Shown piece by piece: positions 44,686-58,562 of a DNA stretch of 64,000 nucleotides. This DNA is from Eledone cirrhosa (Eukaryota), in NCBI GenBank assembly GCA_964016885.1, contig OZ024750.1:16864001-16928000 (forward strand). Direction: 5' to 3'. The first letter of the stretch is position 1, and each line of letters begins with the position of its first letter. The translations under genes and the position numbers were made by a program. A model generated the notes under the pieces. It ran no database searches. It was given only the letters and a program-made list of their open reading frames with translations, and was not told the DNA's origin.

Positions 44686-44864
44686 CACTTCAGTTAAAAC
44701 TTGAACTTCTTAAGTATTTCCCACGTCTTGCTTCTTGCTATTATACGAGTACTGATAGTTTTATGAAGAGGATGTGGGAGGGTGGGAGACATCACATCAT
44801 TCTTATTCAAAAGGTGTGTTGGAAAGTAAGTAAATAAATACAACCGGAAACGGAACTAGAGAGT

Positions 44865-45230
44865 ACATCTTCCTGCTCTGAGATGGTAAGCACCTCATCT
44901 GGCATGTAACATGTAGCAACACTTTGGCCACTTCCTGAAATCAGTGTCAGACCTATGCTCCTTCACTCGAGAGGCTCTAGATCGCCAGTTGACAAAAGTA
45001 CTGGATACTTTTCTATTCTCCAAGTACCGGTGGCTCTCCGACAGGTTCGCGGTCGTGCTCTTGGCAGTGGAGACTCCTGGTGTCCTTGGCCCTAGGGCTA
45101 CCTCCCTACTTACCACCATAGGCGCTGAGCTGGCCAGCTGCAGGTCTGAGCCTCGCGAGATGGAATGGCTCTTCCAGCGCACTCCGTTACCATCCTCCAG
45201 GGAAACGCTTTCCCCATTCTGTCCTCCGGG
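44865..45230 (+). mobile_element. Decayed CRE-clade-like non-LTR retrotransposon, restriction-like endonuclease C-terminus
   Basis: 44882-44935 reads DGKHLIWHVTCSNTLATS (cf. GK.L.WD.TC.DTLA.S). From 45022 it reads KYRWLSDRF...LAVETPGVLGP...PREMEWLFQR, then after a 1-bp frameshift SVTILQGNAFPIL (cf. LFQRIS.A.QRGNA). Confidence 0.8.
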
Positions 45231-45736
45231 GCTGTGGGGCGGCCAGCACGTGGGACCCCATTTGCTCACTATACAGAGAAATGGGGAGGGCAAGAGAGAT
45301 GGGGGCGATGACGGTGGGAATTCGGCTCTTTCGTGTTCGGACACATTTCACCTGTCAAGAGTGTATCAGAGATGAAGTCAGACTTCTTCATAACGGTAGA
45401 AGACTCTGCTGTCCTGGGTCCTCCGAAACATCTCACTACTTGCTGCGATCAGGATGAAAATGACCATTCATAAGAACGATCCTCTGAAGTTGGAATGTTT
45501 CTCTCAGTACATATTCCTCCCCATACACCGGTGTAACGCATGCGTTCATCTGTCCTCTTGAACCACGAACCATTTTACATATTTCTGCACCATAGTTTAA
45601 TGTTCAATTCTTTCGTAAAATTGAGCCTTGACATACGGGAAACAATAGTCCAGTGGTTAGAAGATCATATTATATTCAGTCAGTAACATTATCAACAATT
45701 GATAAAATGCCTGTTCAGCAATAAAGACAGTAGCAA

Positions 45737-45818
<82 letters not shown>
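45737..45818. repeat. Pure (AGT)n microsatellite
   Basis: Seen directly. Confidence 0.95.
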
Positions 45819-45819
<1 letters not shown>

Positions 45820-45877
45820 AACGAAGTAATGAGAACGAATATGGTCCTTGAAGAACAATTAAATGACACGCACCCAC

Positions 45878-45921
<44 letters not shown>

Positions 45922-46655
45922 GTGTGTGTGTGTGTGTGTGTGTGCGTGCGTGTGTGTGTATAGAGAGAGAGAGACAGAGAAATGTATATATCAACATGTG
46001 GGTATGTCAGTGTATGTGTTTGTAGTATGTATATGTGTATATTACAGATTATAAGTGTTGATGGGGAGTAACGAAGTGTACTCATGGTGTTTTGTTCTTT
46101 TGTGTAACAAATTATTCTTTTAGTTCCGACTCATTGCCCATAGTAGAGCCGTTGGAATTAAAAGATAAACTCAAAGATTTACTTAGACATGTCATGTATC
46201 TATTATATGAGGAAGCAAAATAATCTTATGTCTATGTATCTCACTGACTGTTTATCTCTTTAGTGGCAGGGCTCCTCTCTGAGAAATCTAACATATATCT
46301 GTATATTATACCTGCTTGTTACATATAATTTTTTTTGTTTCCTTTCTACGAGTTCTATGTAAAACCATGACGCTTTTTGTAACATGTGTCTGTAATTTTA
46401 TTATAATTTTGGCATTTTCAATCCATCTTTTTTACATCCTGTAGATCCGGGTTCAATGTATGGGTCTTGAAGCACTATAAAGGAAGGAATGGTGTAATTC
46501 GGTTGGCAGCACGCCACCGTTTAAGATGACTTTTGGGTATATTATTGTTATTGTTATAACTAGTGTTTTCCCTTTGCCAATTACCCCTTCGTGGTAGTTT
46601 ACTAGATGTAAACTCCATTTTGTCTTGTTTTTCGTCTTTGTATTATCCCCACTAA

Positions 46656-46823
46656 GGCGGCTAATTGGCAGAGTCGTTAGAGCATCGGATAGAATGCTTT
46701 ATGGTATTTGTTCCGGTTCTCTGCTCTCTGAGTTCAAATCCCGCCAAGATCAATTTTGCCTGTCATCCTTTCGAGATCGATAATAAAAGTACCAGTCTAG
46801 TACTGGGGGGGGGGGGGGGGGGG
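46656..46823 (+). mobile_element. tRNA-derived SINE (second head type) ending in a poly-G run
   Basis: GGCGGCTAATTGGCAGAGTCGTTAG...GAGTTCAAATCCCGCC...TCATCCTTTCGAGATCGATAATAAAAGTACCAG. Confidence 0.85.
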
Positions 46824-47059
46824 ATTCTTCCTCTATATCTTTTTCTCATTTCCTCTCTCTCTCTCTCACTTTCTATCTTTCTCTGGAAGAAATCTGCTGT
46901 ATTTGGTCCTGGAGAGGGATGGGCTCCGCCAGGCTTAAAAATACCCAAGAAACGCCTTATGTCAATATGGCGCCTTTACGACCCTATCAGGAGTTACGGG
47001 ACCATGTACACTTTATCCTCATCATTTTACGTACTTCCGCAGTTCCGACCATTTCCTTC

Positions 47060-47215
47060 CCGAGGTCAAATCTACCAAGGTTAACTTTACCTTCTATTAT
47101 TCCAAGATGGGTAACACATAGTAGCATTAAGTACTGCTGTCGAAAATAGTCAATTTTCCCTTTCCTCCAAATTGCTTGCCTTGTGCTAATGTTAGAAATA
47201 GAAAGAATTATTTCT
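47060..47215 (+). mobile_element. Old, diverged SINE 3' part
   Basis: GAGGTCAAATC...GGTTAACTTTACCTT...AAATTGCTTGCCTTGTGCTAATGTTAGAAA. Confidence 0.6.
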
Positions 47216-47370
47216 GTATAGAAATAATTATGATATACATGCGTGCGTATGGTGTGTGTGTGTGTGCGTGTTCGTATGTGATGTGTATGTATATGTTCGT
47301 GAGTGGTGTGTATGTATGTGTGTGTGTGGTGCATATGTATCATCATCATCATCACCATCATCATCATGAT

Positions 47371-47940
<570 letters not shown>

Positions 47941-48130
47941 TGGCTGCTGCTGCTGCTGCTGATGATGATGATGATGAGGAGGAGGAGGAAGAGGAGGAGG
48001 AGGAGACGGAGGATGGTTGTGGTAGTGGCGGAGGTGGCGGTGTCAGTGCCGGTTCTCTCTGGAAAGTGTCGCGTCATATTGAGTGAGAATTCCACGTCTT
48101 GTTAGCCACACAAGCACCACCACCACCACC

Positions 48131-48162
<32 letters not shown>

Positions 48163-48304
48163 CACCACCAATGTCACAACACCCACACCAAGAGTCACAC
48201 AACCACCACAACCAACAACAACAACAACATCAGTATCACCACCACCACTGACAACACTAACAACAACAACACCAACAAAACACTGTTGCTATTGTTAATT
48301 GTTC

Positions 48305-48395
48305 TATACATACATACATGCATACATACATATATACATACATATATATATACATACATACATAGATACATGGATACATAGATGCACACATATAT

Positions 48396-48454
<59 letters not shown>

Positions 48455-48523
48455 CATACATATATACATACATACATATACATACATAGATACATACATA
48501 CATATATATACATACATATATAC

Positions 48524-48584
<61 letters not shown>

Positions 48585-48598
48585 CATACATATATACA

Positions 48599-48686
<88 letters not shown>

Positions 48687-48705
48687 CATATATACATACA
48701 TACAT
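48305..48705. repeat. (TACA)n/(TA)n compound microsatellite
   Basis: Seen directly. Confidence 0.92.
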
Positions 48706-49029
48706 GAGAATGTGTCGGTGTGGGGTGTGTATTTACCTTGACAAATACAATATCCTAGATCCACCTATTTTTCATTACCGACGTCTCTCCTTCCTTCTTC
48801 ATTTCTCTTTCTTTCTCTCACCCCCACCTTCCGTTACTCGTCCCTTCATTCATTCTTGCTTTCTTTCATCCCGTCTTCCTTTCTTTCTTGTGACATTTGC
48901 TTCATTGTTTTGATTCAAAAGCGAAAGAGAGAAATGCCAGCTAAGAAATAGACATTGTATAGAAAACCCACTGGTCTTTGTTAGTGACTCGAAAAATCGA
49001 CAGTTTGGACTAATTTTAGTCATTTATAC

Positions 49030-49545
49030 CAGCGGTCGCCAACCTTTCGGACCTCACAGACCACTAAATTCATAATTTTAAATACTGTGGACCACTAATA
49101 TGAATTTTTTGTAAAAGATAAATACATTTGTAAAATAATTGTTTCTACTATTGGCACAAGGCCAGCAATTACTCAGTATATTACTGGTACTTTATTTTAT
49201 CGACCCCGTAAGGATGAAAGGCAAAGTTAACCTCGGCGGGATTTGAACTGAGAATGGCAAGGGCCGTAACTCTATGCGTCAAAGCATGGCGTCCGACCTT
49301 TTGTAAAATAATGATCAGAGAACTTCCATTTTATTAAACAATACTGAAGCGTACGTGTCATATTGTCGATCGATGATATATATGATATATATATGTAACA
49401 TTCTTTCATGGCTGTTAGTTCTTTTCTGAGGTGAAACATTTTTTAGAGGTTTTGTAAAATATATTTTAACCAAATATTTTTGTTTTATAATTAATAAAAC
49501 ATAAAAGTTGCAAATAATGTCCAAATTTTCTGCGGACCACCAAAT
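49030..49545 (+). mobile_element. hAT (Charlie-like) non-autonomous element, 3' end missing, interrupted by a SINE
   Basis: 5' terminus CAGCGGTCGCCAACCTTT and repeated subterminal GACCAC motifs (~49060, ~49090, ~49535). No matching right TIR found. Confidence 0.55.
49140..49299 (-). mobile_element. 5'-truncated SINE with 13-bp TSD
   Basis: TTTGTAAAATAAT at 49127-49139 and 49300-49312. Confidence 0.92.
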
Positions 49546-49765
49546 TTGAAAATAATGAAGGGCTAGATAGATTTAGTAATATAACTAACTTTCTCGGTAT
49601 TAAGCTGATATTTGTGGTATATATTAACAGCGTTTCTAACGTGAAATTATGACAGAAGGATTTTAGATAAATTAAACCACAGCAACAATTCGTTACTGTA
49701 TTTCTAATTAAAACACTGTCTATATATTTTTTCCAAATAATTTTGAAAATAATCGAAGCATTTAG
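49545..49765 (+). repeat. AT-rich dispersed repeat; second copy at ~62,730-62,892
   Basis: Shared TAATATAACTAACTTTCTC..TATTAAGCTGATAT...GAAGG.TTTTAGAT...TTCGTTAC...ATTTCTAAT.AAA.ACACTG. Confidence 0.7.
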
Positions 49766-50235
49766 AGGGACTCAGTAACTAACGTTTCCATGAATAAACT
49801 GTTACTTAGGCCATAGCACCACAAATTTTCTGACATAAAATTACGATGGAACATTCTAGATAAATATAATTAATTTAAACATTTTAAAAATAAACTGTTT
49901 TGCATCATAGAACCAAGGGCGATTGTAGGTGTTTTAGAATCAAGTGAGTAATGGTAACAGTAGAAATCGGTGGAAAATAGGTAAATTCTGTGTGGGGACT
50001 AAATACAAAGAAACATTACACGAAGAGGAATATCTCATCTTACTGTGAGCTTCAGGCTATCGGAGATCACCGAAATAAGGAGTAGACACAAGACAACAAA
50101 CTACTGACTATATTTCTATCATTTTCTCACAATTCACTTCAAAGTACAAGGTAATCAAAAATACAAACCACGTGAAGAATATAAAGATATAGATATGTGT
50201 ATGTATAAATATATTATTTACATACACACACAGAA

Positions 50236-50284
<49 letters not shown>

Positions 50285-50423
50285 TATATATATATATATA
50301 GTCTCCAACGAGAAAATTTGAAATACCTATGATTCCTAGTAGACAACTGATGACGGAAACTCCTCTCTTTCGCCCGTAACTTTTATTTTTCATTATACTT
50401 AATTGCAACCACACAGCTTGCCA

Positions 50424-50665
<242 letters not shown>

Positions 50666-50711
50666 TATATATATATATATATTATATGTACATATATATG
50701 TATATATTATA

Positions 50712-50803
<92 letters not shown>

Positions 50804-51076
50804 TACATAAGCATACACTCATATATGTACATATGTGTGTGTGTTTGATAAGAGAGCATCACATAATAAATGTCAAACTTTATTTGTGATGTATTTTTGT
50901 ATATGTTATTGTTGTAGTATTTATTGTTGTTGTTTTCTTTTTGTTTATTTTCTGAAAGGTGAAGCCTTTGATAAAACTGGAAAATTCCACTATGGCTTTT
51001 GTTTCAAGGCATTACAGCCAAGTGTAAACCTTTTGATAGAGAAAGGGTGATGGCGGTGTGCTGAGCTGTATAATGA

Positions 51077-51718
<642 letters not shown>

Positions 51719-51997
51719 AGTCATCCTTTTGTTCTAGCAGTGACAGAGAAAAACAATCGACAATAATATTGTTTATGGGTTACCCTTTGTCAAAACAAGA
51801 TGGAGTATCTCAATTCTCCGTCACACACTGGAACTCTTGAGAATATATAGTATTTTCTAAAGAATACATTAGCTGATTAGTCTAATTTGCATACCGAGTG
51901 ATTTTACGACTGGCTTTGCCCAAAATTAAAAACGGAATTAGTTTCGCTCAAACATAGCGTATACGTAAATCCATTCGTGAGTTCTATATCAACTATT

Positions 51998-52254
51998 AAT
52001 ATTTCTACTCTTGGCACAAGGCCAGCAATTACCCCAGTGCATTACTGGTGCTTTATTTTATCGAGCCCCCGTAAAGATGTTAGGTAGAGTTAACCTCGAC
52101 TAATAATCGTTTCTACTTTTGGAACAAGGCCATCAATTACCTAGTACATTACTGGTACTTTATTTTATCGACACCCGTACGGATGAAATGTAAAGTTAAA
52201 CTCGGCAGGATTGGAACTCAGAATGGCAAGGGCCGTAACTCTATGCGTCAAAGC
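51998..52254 (-). mobile_element. Two tandem 5'-truncated SINE copies
   Basis: TTTCTACT..TGG.ACAAGGCCA begins at ~52002 and again at ~52110. Confidence 0.85.
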
Positions 52255-52747
52255 CAGAAACAATATTATTGTCGAGTGTTTTCTCTGTCACTGCTAGAAC
52301 AGAAGAACGACGACGGTCGTCTAAAACACATAGCGACGTGGGGCTGTTTGCTTGCAAACGAATCGAATATTATCATTATTCGATACAAAACTCACAAATG
52401 CATATAATATATATATATATATATATATACAGAGAGGGAGAGAGGGAGAGAGGGAGGTTGTAGTGGTGTTTGTGGTGTTTGTAGTCGTGGTTGTTATAGA
52501 TAGATAGATAGATATATGTATACTATGTACATATAAACACGGGTGGATTATAAAAACCAAAATGGTGCATAATTTACTGATAGAGTCGGCCATTTTCAGT
52601 TTCCCGTTTTAAGGGAAAGAATACTGACCGGATATTGCAATTCTGTGTAATATCTCGGAAACGCTCGATAAATGAACGACACACAAAAAATAACAAAGGC
52701 AAAACAATAAAGAAGGAACGGAAGTAGTATCTAACAATCATAGTAAC

Positions 52748-52792
<45 letters not shown>

Positions 52793-52806
52793 TATATACA
52801 CACATG

Positions 52807-52852
<46 letters not shown>

Positions 52853-52905
52853 CACTCAAACACACACACAAATATATATGCCTGCGTGTATATACGTTGG
52901 TATAA

Positions 52906-52955
<50 letters not shown>

Positions 52956-53020
52956 TTATATATATATATACTTATATATATATATATATATATATACTTA
53001 TATATATATATATATATATA

Positions 53021-53370
53021 GGAACGAGTAGGACCCCGACGGCTGAGCTCAAGCCGTTTCGACGGCTAATTCTGGACTAAAAAATCTTTTTAGTCCAGAA
53101 TTAGCCGTCGAAACGGCTTGAGCTCAGCCGTCGGGGTCCTACTCGTAGAGTGGGTAATAGGATCGAGTAGGACCACGACGGCTGAGCTCAAGCCGTTTCG
53201 ACGGCTAATTCTGGACTAAAAAATCTTTTTAGTCCAGAATTAGCCGTCGAAACGGCTTGAGCTCAGCCGTCGGGGTCCTACTCGATCCTATTACCCACTC
53301 TACTACCCTAAGTATTGAGTACTTTGGTGCGTTATGGTCCATCTGGTTCCTTACCACATTTCCTTCGTTA
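53021..53370 (+). mobile_element. Fold-back element, copy D: two tandem near-perfect hairpins plus tail
   Basis: Hairpin 1 at 53025-53145 (59-bp perfect arms, ATC loop). Hairpin 2 at 53145-53303 (78-bp arms, one mismatch). Tail runs to CCTTCGTTA. Confidence 0.92.
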
Positions 53371-53789
53371 TATATATATACTTATACCAACGTATATACA
53401 CGCAGGCACCCATATATAGACATATATATATAAGCAAACACTTGCATACACTCATATGCAACGGTCTACATGCACACAAACACACACCTATATAATCACA
53501 CAATATAAGCTGACACAGCACATACATACAAACACATTTTGAAGAACAGACACACATATACATTCACACAAATACATCTGTATAAACCCATATATATATA
53601 TATATAAAGACATATATCCATACACCTATAATCATACACATAAAAGTATACACATTGAAGGTATACACTCTTTCTCATATATAAACAAATACATAAAGGA
53701 AAGCTACTATATAATATATGGCCGTAAGTTGAGAGAGGCTTTTAGTAGAGCAATGGCCGCTATAGTGATATTTGATGTGATTCTGTGTA

Positions 53790-54200
53790 TTGATGAGGGT
53801 GGTGGTGGAGGGGGGGGGGGGTAATGGTGGTGGTGGTGGTGGTGAAGGTGATAGTGGTGGTGGTGATGGTGGTAGTGGTGGTGGTGGTGGTGGTGATGGT
53901 GGTGGTGGTGACGGTAATGGTGGTGGTGATGATGGTGATGGTGGCGGTGAGGGTAATGGTAGTGGTGGTGGTGGTGGTTTTCGTGGTGATGGTGGTGGTG
54001 GAGGTGATGGTGGTGGTGTTGGTGATGGTGGTGGTGGTGGTGGTGGTGGGTAATGGTAGTGGTGGTTGTGGTGGTGGTGTTTGTGGTGGTATTTGAAGTG
54101 GTGGTGGTTGTGGTGTGTCTAGTGGTGGTGGTGGTGGTGGTGGTTGTGGTGGTGGTGGTGATGGTGATGGTGGTGTTGTTTGTGATATCGGTAGAGGTGG
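53790..54200. repeat. Degenerate (GGT)n tract
   Basis: Seen directly. Confidence 0.9.
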
Positions 54201-54524
54201 CACTTCTTGTGTTGAAGGTCCTGGTTGGGGTTAATGGTGGAAGAAATCATGGGAAGAATTGTAACAATTGAGAAGGGGTAATTATCTATTTATTTATTTT
54301 GCCGCAAAGGAAGCACCCATGATCCTTTATATTTTGGTGGGGTCTCTCTAGTTGATGGGGGAGAGGGAAGCAAGGGGGAAAGGGAAAGTGTTCTTAAATC
54401 ACAAACCTTTTCCGAATGAGGCCACACAGAGAACACCGCCAAAGATACCCGAAGATTAGGCGATGATATTAAGTTTATGCGGTATAATGTTGTGGAATAA
54501 GAATTCTGTTTATTGTTATTGTGG

Positions 54525-55440
54525 TGAAGATATTGATGAATTATTTCAACATTTAGGACACAATAATTAGATGGGGTGGTTATATTGTATAATGATAAGG
54601 AGTGGGAAATAGTGAGAAATAGTGATATGTTGATGGGAAGGTTAAAGAGATTGAAGGTGTTTTTAAACACCATAAAGGTATATATATACCAATGTATAAT
54701 ATGTTTATGTATGTAAAATACAAAACAAAAAATCATACAATCTTACTGTGATTTTATTACTTGGAAATGGAAGAGTTGAAATGTGTAATGAATGGGATGA
54801 AGATTTTATTACTTGGAAATGGAAGACTTGAAAATGTGTAATAAATGGTATGTAGATTTTGTGGGAAATAATGGTATCGTTGTGGGAACATTGAAGATAT
54901 TGAAGAATTATTTTAACATTTAGGACATAATAGTTGGAAATGGTGCAGTCCATGGAATGTAAGGTAAGGAGTTGGTAATTGTAGTAACTATTGTTACTGT
55001 GGTGGAGGAATTGGTGAAATATTTTCAGATTTAGGACATAATATTTAGAATTGGGATGTGTTGAAAGAACATAATAGATAACTGTGTAATAATTATTCTC
55101 AGTTTGAGGACATAACAGCTGTAAATGAGGAGAGTTCTTAGAGTATAATGGCTAGGAATGAGATACTGGAGAAGAACAATTGGTGTTAAATGGGAAGTTT
55201 GAAGAGTTAAATACATTATTTTAAAATTTAGGCCATAATTGTAGAAAGTGAGAGGCGTTTATGATATATAATTGTTTCTACTTTTGGCACAAGGCCAGCA
55301 ATTATCCCAGTGCATTACTGGTACTTTAATGTTTATGATATATAATGTTGAGGAATGAGAACTTACAGCTAATGTTGGTACTGTGGTGGGAAGATTGAAG
55401 AGTTTGGTGAATTATTTTAACATTTAGAGAATAAAAGATG
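54525..55440. repeat. Six diverged copies of a ~35-bp motif (GAATTATTTTAACATTTAGGACATAAT) with irregular spacing
   Basis: Copies near 54538, 54905, 55017, 55091, 55215 and 55409. Confidence 0.6.
55273..55330 (-). mobile_element. 58-bp SINE 3' stub with 16-bp TSD
   Basis: GTTTATGATATATAAT at 55257-55272 and 55331-55346. Confidence 0.9.
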
Positions 55441-56156
55441 GAAGTGGTGGTAGCGGTGATGGTGATGGCGGTGGTGATGGTGGTTATAGGGGTGGTGATG
55501 GTGGGTATGGGGGTGGTGATGGTGGTGGTGATGGTTGGGGAGTTCAAAGCCTATAATGGTTGGGAGTGAAAAGGGAAGAGAATGAACTTAAGAAACAAAA
55601 TAAGGGGTCGAAGAACTTGAGAATTTGTAACACCTTCAACAAGATTATTCTTTTTTTTATTCTTTATATTTTTTCATTAGAGTTTGTGGATTTATTTTTT
55701 ATTTTTTATTTTTATTTCTGTTTTTATTTTTTTCGTGTTGTGTCCGGAAAGGAAACGGCCAACTCTTGAGTGTTGAAGCGTAAAATATAGAGAGACATTA
55801 CATTTGGATGATCTTAGCGTGTGTGAGGAGGGTGGGTATGAGTAATGGAAGTGGTAGGGTGGTTGCGGTGGTTGTGATGGTGGTGGTATTGGTGGTGCTG
55901 GTGCTGGTGCTGGTGCTGGTGCTGGTGAAAGCGTTGATGGTGTTGGTGCTGATGGTGAAGGTGATCTTGATGGGGTGGGTATTGATGATGATGATGATGA
56001 TGGTAATGGTGGTGATGGTTCTACTTCTGCTGCTGACTCTAAGGAGAAAGTGGTCGAAGAAGTGTGCCCGAGGATGTGGGTGGATAGCTGTGGGAGATAA
56101 CTCTCCGTTGAGTGGATGACATATTAGAATTTGAAAATGAGACAGGTTTCAAAAGC

Positions 56157-56680
56157 CCAACGACGAGGGAGCCTCTACATGGCCATCCTATTTGCTAGAA
56201 ATAACAACCAAATCTGTTCTGAATCACACCCTACAGTACCATGAGGAGGTAGACAACGATTACCTCGAGAATTTTGAGAGAATGTAACTCAATTCACTGA
56301 ACACCCTGCCCAGCATTCTTTCGATTTTGCCGTCCAATAACATTTTGTGTGGTGCTACAACGATTCGACCGAATACAGCATAACTAAAACTATTACGTCC
56401 TTCATTTTTTAAAGAGGTGTATATTGTGAATTGAGTGATATTTGGTTGCTATCTTTAGCCGTTAGATAGACTACATCGTGTCTTCCCATCTTGGTTTGAT
56501 ATAATACACTTTATCCTTACAGGAATATATTTCTGTCTGTGTATCTGTGTATCAGTATGCCTGTGTGTTTGCGAGTATATCTCTGCGTGAATGTGTGTAT
56601 AGAGAGGGAGATATAGGAAAGATATTTGCTGCTATTTCTAGTAGGTCAAACAACCGCGTAGTGGTTTTCTTTCTTGACTT
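56157..56680. mobile_element. Old repeat with GATTTGGCTGCTATTTCTAG-like motif: one copy reversed (56157-56235), two forward (~56420-56495, ~56620-56680); possible decayed MITE TIRs
   Basis: GCTAGAAATAACAACCAAAT versus ATTTGGTTGCTATCTTTAGC and ATTTGCTGCTATTTCTAG. Confidence 0.5.
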
Positions 56681-56718
56681 GGTATAATAAGGGTTATCCA
56701 TACATCTATATATATGTC

Positions 56719-56779
<61 letters not shown>

Positions 56780-57370
56780 CTATGTGCCTGCAGGTATATG
56801 TGTGTTTATGTATATGTATGTGTGTCTATATATGTGTGTGTGTCTATGTGTCTGAAGGTATATGTGTTTATATATATATATATATGTGTGTGTGTATGTG
56901 TGTGTATATTCCTACGTATGTGTGGGGGAAGTGTATGAAGGAAACAATGTCGTGAATGTTATAACGATGGGAGGCCATAACGCTTATGGAAGTGAGACGT
57001 TTTAAAATATAGAGAGGTTTTAACGATGAAGAAATACAACCGGACCGACAGGACAAAAGACAGATCGAAGATCAAAAACAAATACACCAACAAATAAATA
57101 AATAAATACATAACAAAAACAAATAAAGATATAACAAGAAGGAAACAAAAAATAACAACAAAATAATCTAAAAGCAAAAGGAAAAAATAATATAAAAGAA
57201 TAGAAAAATGGAAGACATTTTAAAAAATATTCAAAGAAAAGTAGAGACGATAGAAAAAATAGACAAAAAAAAATGGAGGCGAAAAATTATTGGCAACGAT
57301 AAAAGACCACGTGACCGACTTTAGAAAATGCGAACGCCATTGTTATGTTTGCAACGTTTGCTTACACCTA

Positions 57371-57372
<2 letters not shown>

Positions 57373-57451
<79 letters not shown>

Positions 57452-57772
57452 TTATCCTCCTCATGATGAGATGCCCCGCCATCACCAGTACCACCACCAT
57501 CACTATCACCATCACCATCACCATCACATCCACCACAATCACCGCGAGTATCACCACTACCATCACCAGCCCCATCAACTCCACCACAACCACTATGACC
57601 ACCACCATGACCCTACCACCACCACCACCACCACCATCAACTCCACCACAACCCCCCCCCCCCGCCACCACTATCATCACCATCATCACCTCCACCACAA
57701 CCATCATCACCACCACCATCAACCCCACCACCACCATAACCCCCCCCCCCACCACAACCACCATCACCATCA
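57373..57772. repeat. (CT)n plus degenerate (ACC/ATC)n tract
   Basis: Seen directly. Confidence 0.9.
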
Positions 57773-58158
57773 CACGTTTCTGCACCACTAATCATTGCAA
57801 CCGGAAATATGGTTAAAAATGGAATGCTAAATAACACTTGCACACCTTTTTGCCTGAGTTTCAGTCATATCTATCTATCCCTCCCCCCTCTCTCTCTCTC
57901 TCCCTCTCCATCTCTCCATCCCCCCTCTCTCTCTCATACTTTATATTCCCTTCACTGCTTCTACTCCTCTCATTCTCTTATATGTATAATTAAAATTTAG
58001 CTTCGGCATCGCTGTATACATACATGTATGTAATTTACGTATATCTAAAGATATACGGTATGTTTAATAAATAAATATTTTGAAAGCCCAGCTATGAATA
58101 TTGAAAGACTGATGACCTGCGCCGTCTAACGGATTCCACTAGAAGCAGCGGGGGGATA

Positions 58159-58202
58159 ACTGCCTATGCGCAATTCGAGCTTCTGGCCCTCATCAGGAAA
58201 GT
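58159..58202 (-). ncRNA. Degenerate minimal hammerhead motif (one core substitution)
   Basis: Minus strand ACTTTC-CTGATGA-GGGC(CAGAA)GCTC-GAAt-TGCGCA-TA-GGCAGT. GAAA reads GAAT; stem III is the palindrome TGCGCA. Confidence 0.6.
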
Positions 58203-58531
58203 GCTTCCCTTAATCAATGTTGGGACATGAAACAGGTGAAAATATATATTTTTTAGCCTGTGTAGTTGAGTTGATTAGCTTCATTTGAGAGAGTGTGTGT
58301 GTGTGTGTGAGAGAGGGGGGGGTGTAGTTTCAGCTAAATTGAAAAGCTTTCCAGTTGATTGTTGCTTGATTTCCATAATGAAGGAAAGGAGGAAAGAATG
58401 AGATGGTAGAGGAAAAGCAATACGCGAGAACCTGCGAGAACACAAGAGTTAACACCGAGTGACATAAAGGGAAGAGAAATTGGCCACAAAGGTCTTTCCT
58501 CACGCACACAAACACACACACACATACACAT

Positions 58532-58562
<31 letters not shown>

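Noticed and set aside
50340-50365. Hammerhead-like CTGATGACGGAAACTC (also CTGATGA at ~34066, 41120, 58109, 59541, 62971)
   Set aside because: No foldable stem II/stem I, or no GAAA in register.
54525-55440. CRISPR-like repeat-spacer array
   Set aside because: Repeats are highly diverged and spacing is irregular (70-370 bp).
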